Below, piece after piece: positions 31,101 through 31,430 of a DNA stretch of 31,430 nucleotides. The translations under genes and the position numbers were made by a program. The stretch comes from Candidatus Thorarchaeota archaeon. GTDB taxonomy: Archaea > Asgardarchaeota > Thorarchaeia > Thorarchaeales > Thorarchaeaceae. The notes below the pieces were generated by a model, which was not told where the DNA came from, made no database searches, and saw only the letters and a program-made list of their open reading frames with translations. The stretch is taken from positions 1 through 31,430 of the forward strand of contig JAGSHP010000001.1 of the NCBI GenBank assembly GCA_029855925.1. Reading direction: 5' to 3'. The number at the start of each line of letters is the position of its first letter. Position 1 is the stretch's first letter.

Positions 31101-31430
31101 AGCTCACCACTGCAAAGAATATAGGGTTCAGCAGGTCGGTGCTGGATATTGATCCGGTTGTGTTGTGCGACTATGCATCACCAAGTGCACAGATAGAGTT
31201 CGGCGGTGGATGGTACCGTGTGACCAATTACAATGAGACCACCAGTCCCGGATATCTGAGCGGGTTCACGGAGAACATGCTCCAGTACTTCACGACAAAG
31301 TTCTATCAGCACTACTTCACCGTGGTGGATGTTCCGCGTGCCGGTCTTTACAAGATTCAGTTCATCTCCAACAACAATACTGGACGACTGGTCTACATCG
31401 ATGGTGCAGAAGTGACACCTGTCAATAACA
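1028..31430 (+). CDS. Giant secreted, membrane-anchored multidomain surface protein or adhesin, at least 10,134 aa, 3'-truncated by the window edge
   Basis: Codons starting at positions 2 mod 3 were read through the whole window with no stop. It has an SD site plus ATG, a signal peptide, and coherent domain repeats in this frame. No other ORF in the track lies in this frame. Confidence 0.95.
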   Translation, partial: MQFKAHRVNRVLLFFTLMLCLSTMIHVASATETPVETLSLPEYIYSCYDGSTGFSDTPQGSVSFSSTYDAVKLLMDETDRSDWPVGMSGVLRTIGDAYIALQSPERGGFHSFNSASPDFKTTALVLETLRLLGRIDEVDVGMVRRYLWSSFRGSLTLERWTTEGDIDMKYWALRTAVAIDDIRVLGLGRISLDYVLSPDKNRADYPEGDPYMFWGERYLGRSGFGDAFNDMKFTTRLRAIESIHMMISDKKEAPTLMRLLIDVDSFVSEVREKFDIERYMFTTDNGDTDYVFTARVFKVLADIGRVADLYSSDGLGGQSFTRSLIDIDSRLDGFRNGVSLSETPSLSRMTSLRQIRASLDTIINPTVVYFEPVFGNSDTGISDWEPHTGFYFGEETVNMLRNSLKFSHDNIDDQHVSMFSMVVILSVIMVVGIIGDKRVGIVLTVLVLLLFIGQEIYGIESVIQYASSFVSGMIPQSHALDPLAMRGMLEIGTRYVETVFTPPDEDASMDYSMQEIEMGPKLQGTNNQFTPALSLGPFKSWASRSIARIKSYIIPQLSSDLRMVFENNEVAQKDIVSFRNIELLKNAVSSEEENMNLFGNEVKVPKNFAKFYKNLESGSLTADDFKSIEMKGHILTAVSIALVCFLGISPHEAKNLVGTLSDVVLSVRNSVSKIFAKFEKNGILGKKETLLSITVNDLFKKDVDSFAKELLEPAIDDMRSKGYDINGLENKIDELLEKVKESDSKIRLYEVLESILRILENRDRDNDYSNVANPLENLYSVILANKDAAKYKAVTGSPEFLASITQLLAKPTDMKTLLHKISSTFGRRVLLEFGKGRNELVMTKKMAEVVRRIGLLNWLSKFDIDKYSEKKGYCYGANIGNGQVVDVIQLFNLAITELGYPPEYAMGDVMGLAGNLAHLSPEFPSNSDRGIVAVCINSNGRFVYRNNEAVFKKLRSENGHQFQAEWNGKRLFIVAVTERDDNGGARYKGVFGLPQKIADRLGVGIETKNELSDMRAIKILEEKTNDRGEPIFFINENSLQELQQELSKGDDIFRVLKKFGLTEIELKLGPDGSQTIIGKKNRNGVPVTMSGSVDKNVVIPYIEMALEFALELLKYEPTYIEFTDNGNGLLTAQGSARTSLSNSMIKITEDFSKVFSRGPRHGTIRLTETLSSDMSIWRTDSRQNEQTGGSSSDTQTPYQQIDEFRSSLIEECKERFLGGKDIESGVLRIRIDDITFAKDGTISFGKSSKTGKYVGPNIKALMDLLTAKDDSSSHSDIENGGTLRAELFLFHDPNENTDKAFLLVSLKVNNEYEPIIFDDIATILKSQTPILYKNGKIAESLKALSAEGDYGNAVASAYEIDEILTNLKTITEGSNNNIVDMITKIENKINTIRQKINNAFREHVIAKLNDGVLENSDVVHAVHNHLDTLFNSVIAGRAMAKTVMAYIKGIGEERKGANVNIVADAIAHIVARKVVFMDAVDNGLLKRGSPYEQWVSTDGKLVLYRQMKSAIAQSTHNYGRATDVEAFLIKTNINVSKLSKTKAASKGNYVIEGICPVGVMVKDHIESSSYLGPERVSKMSDVGGYYGVYQRLIIAYRLNKIKDGVQEHHIVTAKMGGIGWVETLEMLSMLYSMYEIANIMKKNSAKAFIKTQIDFLLPPDANNDYAVALKGAMDEFHEISNAMKKILKMFDTPNLNTLKLPISRLLLNWMLLTLCIPYKTDPGPRISDVNHANIVSLLNWYKNMFVLDPSIMMDNTKMILSSFAPLGIQGEVEQYIAGWLKALIHDDSVSMALKQDVLNELTYDIIGSGRLADDWPYPPFQIGEWRFINEEKDAWYNLCDPQDITTGVDFGSVPLSQEVHITEEMKIDSIRLYVTMPWTDNVAAFPFRISVSDGKTVASGRTDVWKDGVVTLSLDRQIHVNDGDTVTITLVAQETMGRVWLTHRGLLSRAQDKMAGRFMGDGNELEGTVMYVALHDAMKSSVIGWQKTGIRFESDIDVDTSVLIGDGQNYLDAYFTSNPQDKMPRMWIVATAFNTTTNSTSVEMFNYEFTESRIYSEIPDKSYQNVPVYIYGDGLDSFFVELGLRITDQTNVKYITDNDLIDIVFSRKKGLVVVTTDTVPAKVMLAASSGKTYLREWLEDGNQIVSAGVLPFSNVINNGQKLDTFDFLYGNEISSSGASRITEALITGHSASVTQAQAAIYQNPAGTNNTYTMELGGEVTDDYIELSGNAIDNDGSMTFVFGIAAADCNSTPKRYQTFDITFDGHTIFDRFTLDQLRTANHNLGSSGVFYGNNARLYVQHVGNIEQIDGTVDCDFLMYLTVDGSWFFKGPHTIGIHDRDDNRNPSMQTIRVLELGNIMEYERLNRRETFERVLARYQGVPEIGAGVFAVTGMDMVVKSNEELRSSFTLSNTIGLDPVESIYAIDLSAVSPFKVYGVDLTGKFGEATVRVGGGYFTMIDIVPYSINNWDTIAKLQYVLTGVVGDWTWQHSTLTTDGFGLYVNGQTFEGMTHMVDTVDTKARVHQALVPNRDLKNDGSYANSFDTVSNVSAVNATLEWTNGAVLVNGSAAGASGQFSMTVTGADMTDDYLFVSAYMVNCSLSVNSTVGNIGNVRSNGISMFKLSTGTHTNISFVATSDGDGALFKLYWMSSSKTPFLMSDQQVVVEDFYSVDNLVASGFESDIVTASGGLLTFAHDGLGNDVDSVYFDTEPIHDPRLILEIRHMVNETVQDMVISVVLHSEQRCSGFNQTIVLNPKTSMNTERHHVTLTTIRSIELRLSSPAVSSNMAWIIDWLELSVDSDIALTMDDPMYVSSIGDVVYEIAGDELNIYTNSTTTVEVFIPDVFVNTASYPYMHVKHSNNMTSANITLCTTDGNFSYTLSDTGLDMFNLTTLEVDITSIAVRVTSDGANRTLSLDAIVFSDIATTLNQRNKVTVFYQTDTGLSTIVLDDHLMSWDVGLLTIGNDTWVGSRTETSIVEWTWDVMIVRQDILDTDASVTVMFFNDGLIDFFIDTDSYGVIMNHQYTATKYSDSFGVVNNTVVSDIIRTPTFAAMYGSGVGPAVTALDGERVTASVPMSRFSIDMNANDSAVLIPFVQERFETIAGVEIDPNFVVSITDVSKGGLLSGWTGIIDSQDVAYWDGRFSEVYALHETFSGSSKWIIDNEGQTMDTKTALEKMTAESIDGKMILTLNANESTTETVVMKYNFLDIPVKNYPFFRIVASGDENLTLTVKINITGESVLYDVCTITPTEKNEETIKNIYYILDSAGRPDAVIQGVEIWIEEVSPSKICNKTVMLDEVDIYAISGFEAIIIPNYTNENSVAKSNGAMLTLSADKEKRMRLRRIMEPRIDTTMNRIFQWREYVGYESTINIVVTNSSSSSYVIDEDNTNWAVVTDDVSEILEIAELNITHVSGANTEGESHIDWIRVMKPYTSLYMWEGFDDGSWTPTGGFTLSAFSMPAPSPDNEINEPWTGSVSGQSVERWSSYDADPGSFSNGGHLSIHDATHYEWTQWYIADVTRDHGYTSQHTNINNEQDCGIDDGYKAAQAVGPIATNEYVTAFKVYIKAWEDPLFIGKNVRWRVYSGTETTPNYNSILRSGSFDASTSAFGWYTISFSAIYGSNSYLWISVMGNKYLDHGGGLSNDEHPTADQYVYSRVYWKYDSTSDSSPGGKRYLSGIGSDWYDFAVQYRKYTKYSGSSVYNYGITINWHDSSGNHQQQLSTDGTKVTHSASTDDVWVTAVSSITNINPSRVVSYYKRPTASTSAYFSADPDTEVTTWEFPKDFVLTNYGDHDNTNDGKFRFNKDSSWSYSSISPTGPSVTIVGNQVTVTNVVYGTAYTLTFTQSNTALTITPKRTDSGGNVLEDGPDDVPYLGYSRSTTSAGAGNNGIFYVYGYVWDMIDGHSATLEFSETSSSGLSTYTSSNRQMTYPVDSGLYYRVCWASDSGLKRFCEAEGHYIREPALDTDLSHNPSYDSSQQSNSEHVEVRLDYMYGSSDITMHYRVGGGSWQTTVESGVTHGPTGEQNYAHFTFDDFLGVSDEEKTIEFYFTTNAWGGPHTFDNGGNYWSFYLEDSDTDGPSITSVWPSDHGTVMDNSANVRYGGVYGDGEIKVYATITDPSGIEHAEVHWTYQAGGSGTVSPMEHSGDLYWAWVPIYYVDNPEFSDYLKFNITAYDNDASISSSSETRSHIRVQDDDYLAPTASGLDSGTFIVSQSISDSGICTDYNTGNSGISTSFSNVTWYWTDAPETVYEADTFSITPNMNNGYDWSYTISSSHWTEADEGRQITITLNVVDDDDDRGAIDRMAGSYSCQWTMNDDDTTAPVIEATATSPTMDDSVVQDFVLYAKISDAGPDGVNVVKFKYDIGGTTYGSFRTASDNNGTWWWYNIPYSEWSAEVQNDPSGKTVYFCVYAQDGDNSPLSVQQNDIVGNQVKDNDAQGPSISLVSPIEGSFKYDAEWQTSGIEVCVTISDSSPLDSNSIEFQYREQGYSWGASWYGYTSSGSGKYYFTIPDSWLDAHINSIVEWRVHASDADNSPTSSTSATFSFHADDDDTVIAFSELGLNNPSTMYSDKSYTIRIKITEGSGIDAQWVEWWFTGEAHHEENMTLESQNGNEYIYKFTIAAPGDSRENTFFEWTVHARDTDNDRGDIDKTYQTSHRDNIPIADDDADTPDIYNTVTSGDILDNNTGSYILRVYVNDESPVNVTVWYRYGSGSWYGPFNITDSKVAVNSTASYFTYYIARTGGWLDHIGEMIYWNVTVWDKDNSPLKTEINSMQAGTPTDDDTSAPSLTGEDPSNGASITDGYIVTQTQEKMRVEFRLTDRLSDVSWVKYKWSFNDGPWSDWLDATRWYNPDKTDWWYFDIDSDLLLDNTGKTFRYYLWASNGDNDRPNDAEEYLESYPNNYHWFMIRDDDISEPDLTHVQPSAPVSNTDFTLSFTITDTDGENGESGVSEVVLYYRYNNNASSWMTTTAYSKNGDVYRFTLNLGDDWEAYGIEYLVYVKNGDTDRGLANDAEYGYKTATGSYLSLSNAEGSGWKLAVLDDDTAAPVISDIDTSGVNDGGQWCFNVTLSDMSGIHTAYVSVDGNINQTLILWDSSVDADYFSVDNYYFYVILDPLPLNGYHTIEVFALDDDGVVSSDKLWNSQSVTFLSTDDDIKAPDVKVWIPDAEYDAIATIYANVTDYSGISEITVYFWQGRGVTSASMVLDATYNGTSWRYRYDVSPEQTYWGSMLFAYVYAVDDDYDFSNSSDHSSVITATVYGTIIDSTPPIIDYVTGPVGTVEYSEDNRVWVVAYEPEDASLVSHAYMNYSLNGEWFLVEMGYVNSSLSNGQHYKTFMARLPLRYGATLQYHVICYDNAGNSVTSATYTVESVVDTTQPELLYSQVMYAEPGVNGTLIAKFYEPDIASGLVYVQVNIRLRQSGTWGDLYQTNMTYNSKADTWVFTLPAVSENDEFQYWFSAEDAAGNMFTGENITYVVKDFLEPTIIETGVLNSIEEPNKVAYLRTMFAVETEGVYSLVALRNGAVANMTLWLDGDEIPSGAQVMLSSSVHIVMVRVESADMYAMWGVQVMNMKSEVSINETALAFNLLMPAPPADELRIERVGVLGPMTGNDYYATYSYDDIAIIEGDFENSVDSWEYVNARRLSALGIDGSYALSLCSDTGVEGSASYDYAGNITADALAFYYKFNSNTDYTGLDVSIGYMDGDWLNQTLVINETVTWKQVVIPIRHKEISVVVLSQNTDNTDPYALLIDDVSLVTTELVKTSWSTKMYDDLSPHKLLEVDAGTVTMEYAGYTEFVSQVDTKAVLDVTLVNGVQMDIYSGVVKIASITSSANVPLMVTRGLNVLTVYINATNAKLGFVGMYLRFTNGTQVPVTVLGLNTGLASLTDSESAIIIPLLPELWQVDEQSTTNVTTTANDDTWEIEAEIEVASNDDLTDDIVVFNITEGFDIRVMPVLVSEICTNDTSLMIRYMAELHSASTGESVWVAIDWINASVGNYMTDLTWAAAQQFGTSAGDYDELLSLELWIGDLTGDGAFITDTASVSVLTYFKSRVGHVYETVPRNNGYSSLLSDFDIAMDDFNISSNAFHGYGSALVGGSNGALTIDVSEEPLPEIIRFFCNGTVSVDISISLDGSNYTVNVMDTPAQDSWSTAFTARRETVVGWYEYIIDILSTVKSLAVDNDVMFNEIYIFELTFDSAEASTVVIDSLKLENHREVIVEIPYWDVSMVWETRCLGFHLVGTEGLSSVNQPYYSVDYDGITLETTDRSWYEVTNLFVSNYDTTAVVVQQAYGMGLIITDTYFINNTGYVSLDRNVRKLGSPDLYSNEVMMTFNYDLGKVMQDYYIDSASVPLYDFGGVLLSHASDGIDNTLDVDVVEEDVDSPYFSRSMSTIVDISSYEACNIVSDGDLMRMAPEYNKDSFWAEYSGLNIDNSIAKWLMLSVENVYDYIGYVELYGPSGFLVRHEFNKSGRHTFALSLSENIVAVRIGAESVTLSNILMVDWLTIRERPFVVDLPPTSDLTLRRHYPDFVEDFSDISGWDFEEYNVSSTEYFQCGVNSGMLIFEGYFRESHTDTIELTGLNIDTFKYPNFKMNYQIEQRGLINGQVTFKIHYVKNGVEGVNTYYILTEESTSGDGVVTENLNVTTDGGWVTSIEIAAEGYNGADGAYKVWIDDIVIVEDTLEYYYVFRSPFFSDSFTSVSDWNNADGTGSVTSYLNNDGIKFTSTSTTANFSKDCHLEIRFDSVLEFEIMNGAGTMPDRIWVAFDLHNTTRVDVMEVTSPSATYYRMDLENFTSLEVDKVVFGLEGSGDVLALDYIRISEAYSAHVSCRHIGGWTSTANRLMSDGESVTIEASVGSWSANFMFPEALPSSVYSTLRIEYTLDHSSDGPEIRLRGLNGGDTYDHLSMDEIYEDDWISPFIADGEKHTLYLDVAERFPGNALYRIEIRDTSSEMYNLTIHSINLLEKQDDIARVGSSGWTSAAFMTEDALRLQTIADIQGSYGLQFNISVHGSFAEAIRVEYSSVINADIDAYLYVTTNNTKYEYNIPLSACRTTQIISIANVTDEILDVGITMNYTCSNDEYLWLDIYDLKILSTPLISYDRFESFSAGTATFTDIIETLYHIQTLINEDVVDQTTGTDVGTHSDFTNLQNAITLLDTMTEGLTGTWGFDGEFNVSSYLEVLGAVVEMSTYWHLDEADSGDAGPYIDVADSYNIVFGDLLTSGVLLIQTLGDGETLNITEHDDGTPLSELYTAVVDYHSWTGLISGTITDVQTDDANYMTLTEEDAGVAAVNGEHGYDTSNDNHLPADVGVETLPNNANDGNIVTVMTIAEYNSGEAGNLQFETIKITNVGTDWVDVNFANTYVSPVVIATLEIGAGHDPAVTAVDHRVNAVTSTGCKVKMAIPDHQYGDGSYVNGTIYLFVVEEGSWDVAGLPKIEAGIHTTSTVVANTYDSAGEQVILNSTLWSGVSQAEFFVTVGTENQAATGSKWISAWVNGGSRTTTPTTSSFYISMSSAECTPQDNHPQEDLHYVVIENGIFNYGGMHMQVGRTSDTIDEYTSNNLYTHEFGHTPVWGVNQYLRMDGNNGGWTNWADGPFTSTTIEPYVQEDRWQDSEVAHTTTQVSYILCTMDNYSTSLNGDNYDLDLEYQFNGVDTSTTYANLSIYIGYHNGTEDLNVDYWNGTSWSSLGMVPADIDYQWYNITIKDPDIPIDVLSSDFEIRFDAITNTSDVTHDSWEIGELVIHTWTPAVIDYEMNTKFDWDTTADDTRTYGVVIITVASSSTEAAFIEAWDGATWNRIGTIDSGISSDITYQFDVKNDTVDYILGTNCTIRIIGVDESLDATQDSWDIDLIELHTWTPAVVNYRFDVDFTWNSPVTDAEMSSVCMYFEGNYGNEQLSVYYDNGGGWTNTGEVIPAGLTGWKNITVTGLVTTSTFRIKLVGQSESSDISRDRWDIDYVMLRTSSSITSLTAYDTLTTVYGHWLNQANAQDIGGGYMTVTETENGTQFTDLSDSVDAYLAFTGVVSLFANAQSLDSNYMTLTEEDTGTPATNMEDAVDSNSSDVDSSPDKGIESSFANAQSYDGASMNITEENTGWSPEEGFKTYHGSFEFTNTLGVTTDVSIGAVVNPNHAFIRVYTAGSSTPNTPTEGAVSGYILNSTHIRFERNTAVSGLWVSWFVIECFNNEFTVRARGDIELLSGAMTGSASVSGVQDINRVMVTESHRGSGSSTSDWSDTFAKAYMTDVSTVMVKRASNGTTVNIRYEVVEWRTDFNVYRGTFVKSATTQTVDIGGTVDQSRSWAYATWTAPTDGIQQVQLAYGIISSTQLEFLHYSDNYACDVQWYVIEHPTNLAPTITRYSYNWDPTTSPDNVRTNAIGTAIATDQTFIHMSCTTSGTGTAFRRDFNLPRLVNATSWSETQYNPTTASYDQHETRAAVIELPYSPGSSDNYEINAEYQWNTAHYTEVNEEVCIYVSSHSGTEVLNVEYWDGAGWSTIGTISSTGWSNITAVGLTSSTYTIRVVGGIEANDTSADIWYIDYIGLHTWSDAVVNYEMNVRFDFTDVVTTHDHTNLTIYTDAVQTEPLNISIYNGVGWTNLGQISSAGWNNFTIDSHVASTINITLFGSDENNDATQTSWDIDYVGLYSWTDAVSNHRTEAEFTWSNIDTGASEAYVTIYAEQLSTEMLEAWVYDGAWHYLGNITNAHGWNNFTVTNYFTNPSFKVKIVGATESADPSQDTWQIDYVGLETRVVQRKNYLVNIEWNFDGITNYNEDNEQVCINVLTMGSETLNVEYWDGAGWSLLGTITGIGWNNFTALDLTGSSYKIRLTGTDETKDISQDYWNIDDILLHCWSVRNNYELSLETQWNSVDTSADDIELCIYADTLDTEDIKVDIWYNSSWMTVLTDLVPNSWNNITIKGYIQSSTTKVRFVDGTAAQDEAQGSWNIGSVLLRYTTNSIAAPIQYSAIETPLIGGMWYTPDYNITVVSCNGEVYGKLNATASPITAKWMVNGPVYHGDAIMMRWRYTIDTDPVSSTYQLIIEHDNMNTTLAILPNGFTKGTSNWTLTRVALNNIGITHVNNIYIRAESGVMHIDYICIGHGGVISTGLLQPSDVVGDLSTTSYGFDVSGMDLVEFTYDNINLMVSNDIYLSMNVYLDSNDEHYIVIDGIYRNQTAGTVTYMIPNIVTGWNKLSMNITDIVTTYGQMDLVDRVTIRAIRPSFIVSMHVDWIKVLTHSSKTVMSDYIEIMGLKNTDGIIIYDIADYTQGFTPTGGNTLTAVGVNGETEMSVSMFVGDIDYSDPMPAHQLANYLYDGVPLAVTYWPKSSLKITTNGHDMDLRVETPNMKFTLGDDVNAVLDSVDVIRSYEQVEIRMTGWVDGKQMNRTYVIRDSGEINWTTYLDDTMTLDNFRIDSSYFRIQPDLHYINTFETVNVTAISGVTTSLTSALTEGSNAISIQSSAASGGVRIADGLSLSGDDYWKIRFVVRPTSSDIDMKVQLTLDGSEFAYLLSRDNDTHFEYGEDLVYNERQVIMMDRYSFDTDLTDRTIKAVSVYIGNGHSIIIDDMYMSDMPVSNGPQLLWTVKKASNSSYYSYLDPSVRYTDSDGIVMYSLDSRIGMSVNANCSMQNGDFVTLLNGSLYVGPYADDESHIYAREVTPSSVLDIDEEGSLVYSVDMRNGEDRELTVIFKNNDNSVFKTVIVHSTTGVNDIDNGIMYLNKTPGSIHQVRLSIPTVLFMLNESGDLPDLYSFTTNVTGRVVQVMTKPVSPLLEYFTVSTKLIEEVAGGVDEQGYITNWIASPRDAMDRSLYTSRNAEEFTFIHNLHISQEDMVNMTSSHYLYLNFFTDTDFPDYENHTSTSGETPVYRMADSLSHSGLEYYFELTVERKYTTEWEYLDGKWGNTITDDYYFSIVQKEVHEGWVQSSKVIASWTMSTSEVQQKWMFWEYDLTHGRLQYSFVDDDGTPTSKPVTKTFIQYHELNTLTSISILKLTNNASFYLDDVSVMTQNGTKMMFHDDFSYGSVAEMATHGGWVCSGEYNAELTTAKNIGFSRSVLDIDPVVLCDYASPSAQIEFGGGWYRVTNYNETTSPGYLSGFTENMLQYFTTKFYQHYFTVVDVPRAGLYKIQFISNNNTGRLVYIDGAEVTPVNN
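1142..2100 (+). other. Prenyltransferase/squalene-cyclase-like helical repeat domain, probably degenerate
   Basis: YIYSCYDGSTGFSDTPQGSVSFSSTYDAVKLL and YIALQSPERGGFHSFNSASPDFKTTALVLETLRLLG resemble the Y/F-x-x-S/L-Q-x-x-x-GGF...T-x-x-A/V-L-x-x-L-x-x-LG repeat of the PF00432-type family. Later units are less recognisable. Confidence 0.55.
2273..2386 (+). other. Transmembrane helical hairpin (membrane anchor)
   Basis: VSMFSMVVILSVIMVVGIIG - DKR - VGIVLTVLVLLLFIG: two hydrophobic stretches joined by a short basic loop. Confidence 0.75.
2700..6200 (+). other. Lys/Glu-rich, lower-GC in-frame module of unknown function (~1,150 aa)
   Basis: AAA/AAT/ATT codons are abundant. Two hand-counted 60-nt lines give 22% (5161) and 38% (3121) GC versus 55% at 14221. 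The sequence looks helical or alpha/beta, unlike the acidic beta-rich remainder. Boundaries are approximate. Confidence 0.7.
6470..11310 (+). other. Series of beta-sandwich/jelly-roll (galactose-binding-like) domains
   Basis: Recurrent terminal strands WIIDWLEL (~9385), LSLDAIVF (~9760), VMLDEVDI (~10900) and SHIDWIRV (~11280). The region is rich in Thr/Ser/Asp/Val and NxS/T. Confidence 0.5.
12965..13231 (+). other. CBM25/CBM21/CBM53-like (starch/glycogen-binding-type) domain
   Basis: HVEVRLDYMYG..ITMHYRVGGGSW...IEFYF...FDNGGNYWSF resembles the LHY...W...EF.F...WDNNxGxNY signature of these families. Confidence 0.45.
13232..17446 (+). repeat. 12 tandem Ig-like domains (105-131 aa) with D(D/S/N)Dxx(A/G)P-type linkers
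   Basis: Linkers start at 13232, 13595, 13964, 14315, 14660, 15008, 15356, 15743, 16136, 16469, 16805 and 17132, with a 13th at 17447. Each unit has a D-x-SG-type early motif and a late (A/V)xDxDN motif. Confidence 0.85.
17447..22300 (+). other. Further PA14-like and jelly-roll (CBM-like) beta-sandwich domains
   Basis: FAVETEGVYSL...LWLDG...HIVMVRV (PA14-like). Terminal strands LLIDDVSL, VAIDWIN, VVIDSLKL, LMVDWLTI, VWIDDIVI and LALDYIRI. Confidence 0.5.
23021..23890 (+). other. Triple H-type-lectin-like domain
   Basis: WVDVNFANTYVSPVVIAT...RVNAVTSTGCKVKM, YLFVVEEGSW...KIEAG, and MDGNNGGW...QEDRWQDSEVAHTTTQVSY: three units of about 90-110 aa. Confidence 0.6.
25295..26320 (+). repeat. Four ~80-90-aa repeats resembling phage tail-fibre-associated (gp53/H-lectin-like) beta-sandwich units
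   Basis: The units end in WFVIEC, YEVVEW, WYVIEH and AAVIEL. Internal VSIGAVVNPNHAF, VDIGGTVDQSRSW and IGTAIATDQTF motifs are followed by a L..ST.(I/L).F.R-type motif. Confidence 0.5.
27851..31430 (+). other. C-terminal continuation with more jelly-roll/PA14-like domains (incomplete)
   Basis: Terminal strands MHIDYICI, MHVDWIKV, MTLDNFRI, IIIDDMYM and FYLDDVSV, plus VDVPRAGLYKIQF...LVYIDG at the window end. Confidence 0.5.

Noticed and set aside
1-31430. Mobile element context (giant-gene-carrying transposons are described in Asgard archaea)
   Set aside because: No transposase, integrase, terminal repeats or att sites are visible in the window. It cannot be supported without flanking sequence.

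Overview
The window holds the 3' part of a leucine-rich-repeat gene (1-828, 24-aa LRRs), a 199-nt intergenic spacer and one giant + strand ORF. The ORF starts at ATG 1028 behind a GGAGG site. By my codon-by-codon reading it has no in-frame stop up to the window end (at least 10,134 aa). The supplied ORF track misses it, probably because its stop lies outside the window; every tracked ORF after 1028 is an off-frame or antisense shadow of it. The protein looks like a membrane-anchored, N-glycosylated archaeal surface filament or adhesin. A Thorarchaeia/Asgard-like host is inferred from the IDLSPL-type LRRs, sequon density and domain types, and is not proven. In order it contains: a signal peptide, a prenyltransferase-like repeat domain, a TM hairpin, a ~1,150-aa Lys-rich low-GC module, jelly-roll/CBM-like domains, a CBM25-like domain, 12 tandem acidic Ig-like repeats, more jelly-rolls, and a nested region at 22.4-27.9 kb. 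That region has 8 short 'outgoing' segments and 8 'returning' segments ordered like balanced brackets, ((((( lectin ))) ((( tail-fibre-like ))))). This predicts a single polypeptide folding into a Y-shaped, two-armed stalk with a different putative binding head on each arm. Domain names come from motif recognition by eye; no searches were run.
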